Shown here: piece after piece, positions 63,855 to 64,000 of the stretch | How the letters are laid out: every line of letters begins with the position of its first letter | Numbering within the stretch: position 1 is the first letter of the stretch | From: a virus | Virus record (IMG/VR): IMGVR_UViG_3300027702_000001 | Length of the DNA stretch: 64,000 nucleotides | Direction: 5' to 3' (one strand) | The notes under the pieces: generated by a model | Database searches by the model: none | Seen by the model: only the letters and a program-made list of their open reading frames with translations | Told to the model about the DNA's origin: nothing | Position numbers and translations under genes: made by a program

Positions 63855-64000
63855 TTAAAATGTGGGTCCAATATCTAGTGCAAGATTGTCTACGAAGAGT
63901 TCATAATCCTCGTCTGGGTCTCCGAAGAACTGGACACCAACAGACTCATAATATCTGAACAAACGTTTGAACAGAGATGGGTTCTCGTAATCAAGCGCGA
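63855..64000 (-). CDS. Partial conserved hypothetical protein (5' end outside window)
   Basis: Manual translation ...ALDYENPSLFKRLFRYYESVGVQFFGDPDEDYELFVDNL... Confidence 0.6.
   Translation of the reverse strand, partial: ALDYENPSLFKRLFRYYESVGVQFFGDPDEDYELFVDNLALDIGPTF

Noticed and set aside
63809-63868. Twelfth early palindrome
   Set aside because: Only one half-site (GTGCCACT at 63847) matches; spacing to TATAGT fits, so it remains possible but is not counted
1-64000. Prophage, integrase, IS element or host DNA
   Set aside because: No integrase, transposase, att sites or composition break seen; gene content is uniformly T4-like

Overview
This is a 64-kb segment of a lytic T4-like marine cyanomyovirus (Synechococcus/Prochlorococcus phage), about 40% GC by sampling. 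Almost all genes are on the minus strand; the exceptions are gp48, gp53 and one small ORF. Layout by coordinate: (1) 1-10.3 kb is an early/accessory region of small ORFs driven by 11 copies of a palindrome plus -10 early promoter. It includes a PvuII-like endonuclease, an SF2 helicase and a structured ~160-nt RNA. (2) 10.3-18.7 kb is a run of 2OG-Fe(II) oxygenases and two flavin-dependent halogenases. (3) 18.7-29.3 kb encodes fibre/virion proteins. (4) 29.4-36.9 kb holds glutaredoxin, tandem CpeT-like lyases, psbN-like, gp5 and cp12. (5) 36.9-47.4 kb is the tail/baseplate module (gp27-like, two tape-measure-like paralogues, gp51, gp26, tube-family protein, gp2, gp4, gp48, gp53). (6) 47.9-55.1 kb is the replication/late-control module (gp32, gp33, exonuclease, phoH, thyX, RNase H, glutaredoxin). 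(7) 55-64 kb has tRNA-Ser(UGA), a 1216-aa virion protein, psbA with a PhotoRC-II-like leader, and three hli genes. There are four main leads. First, RGCY and CCGG are almost absent from the window, which also carries a solitary early PvuII-fold nuclease. Second, a canonical -1 slippery site would fuse gp26 to the short gp51, as in lambda G/GT. Third, the halogenase/oxygenase block is coupled to a late fibre operon. Fourth, there is an unexplained structured RNA at 6408-6566. All annotations come from motif recognition and by-eye scanning; no searches were run.
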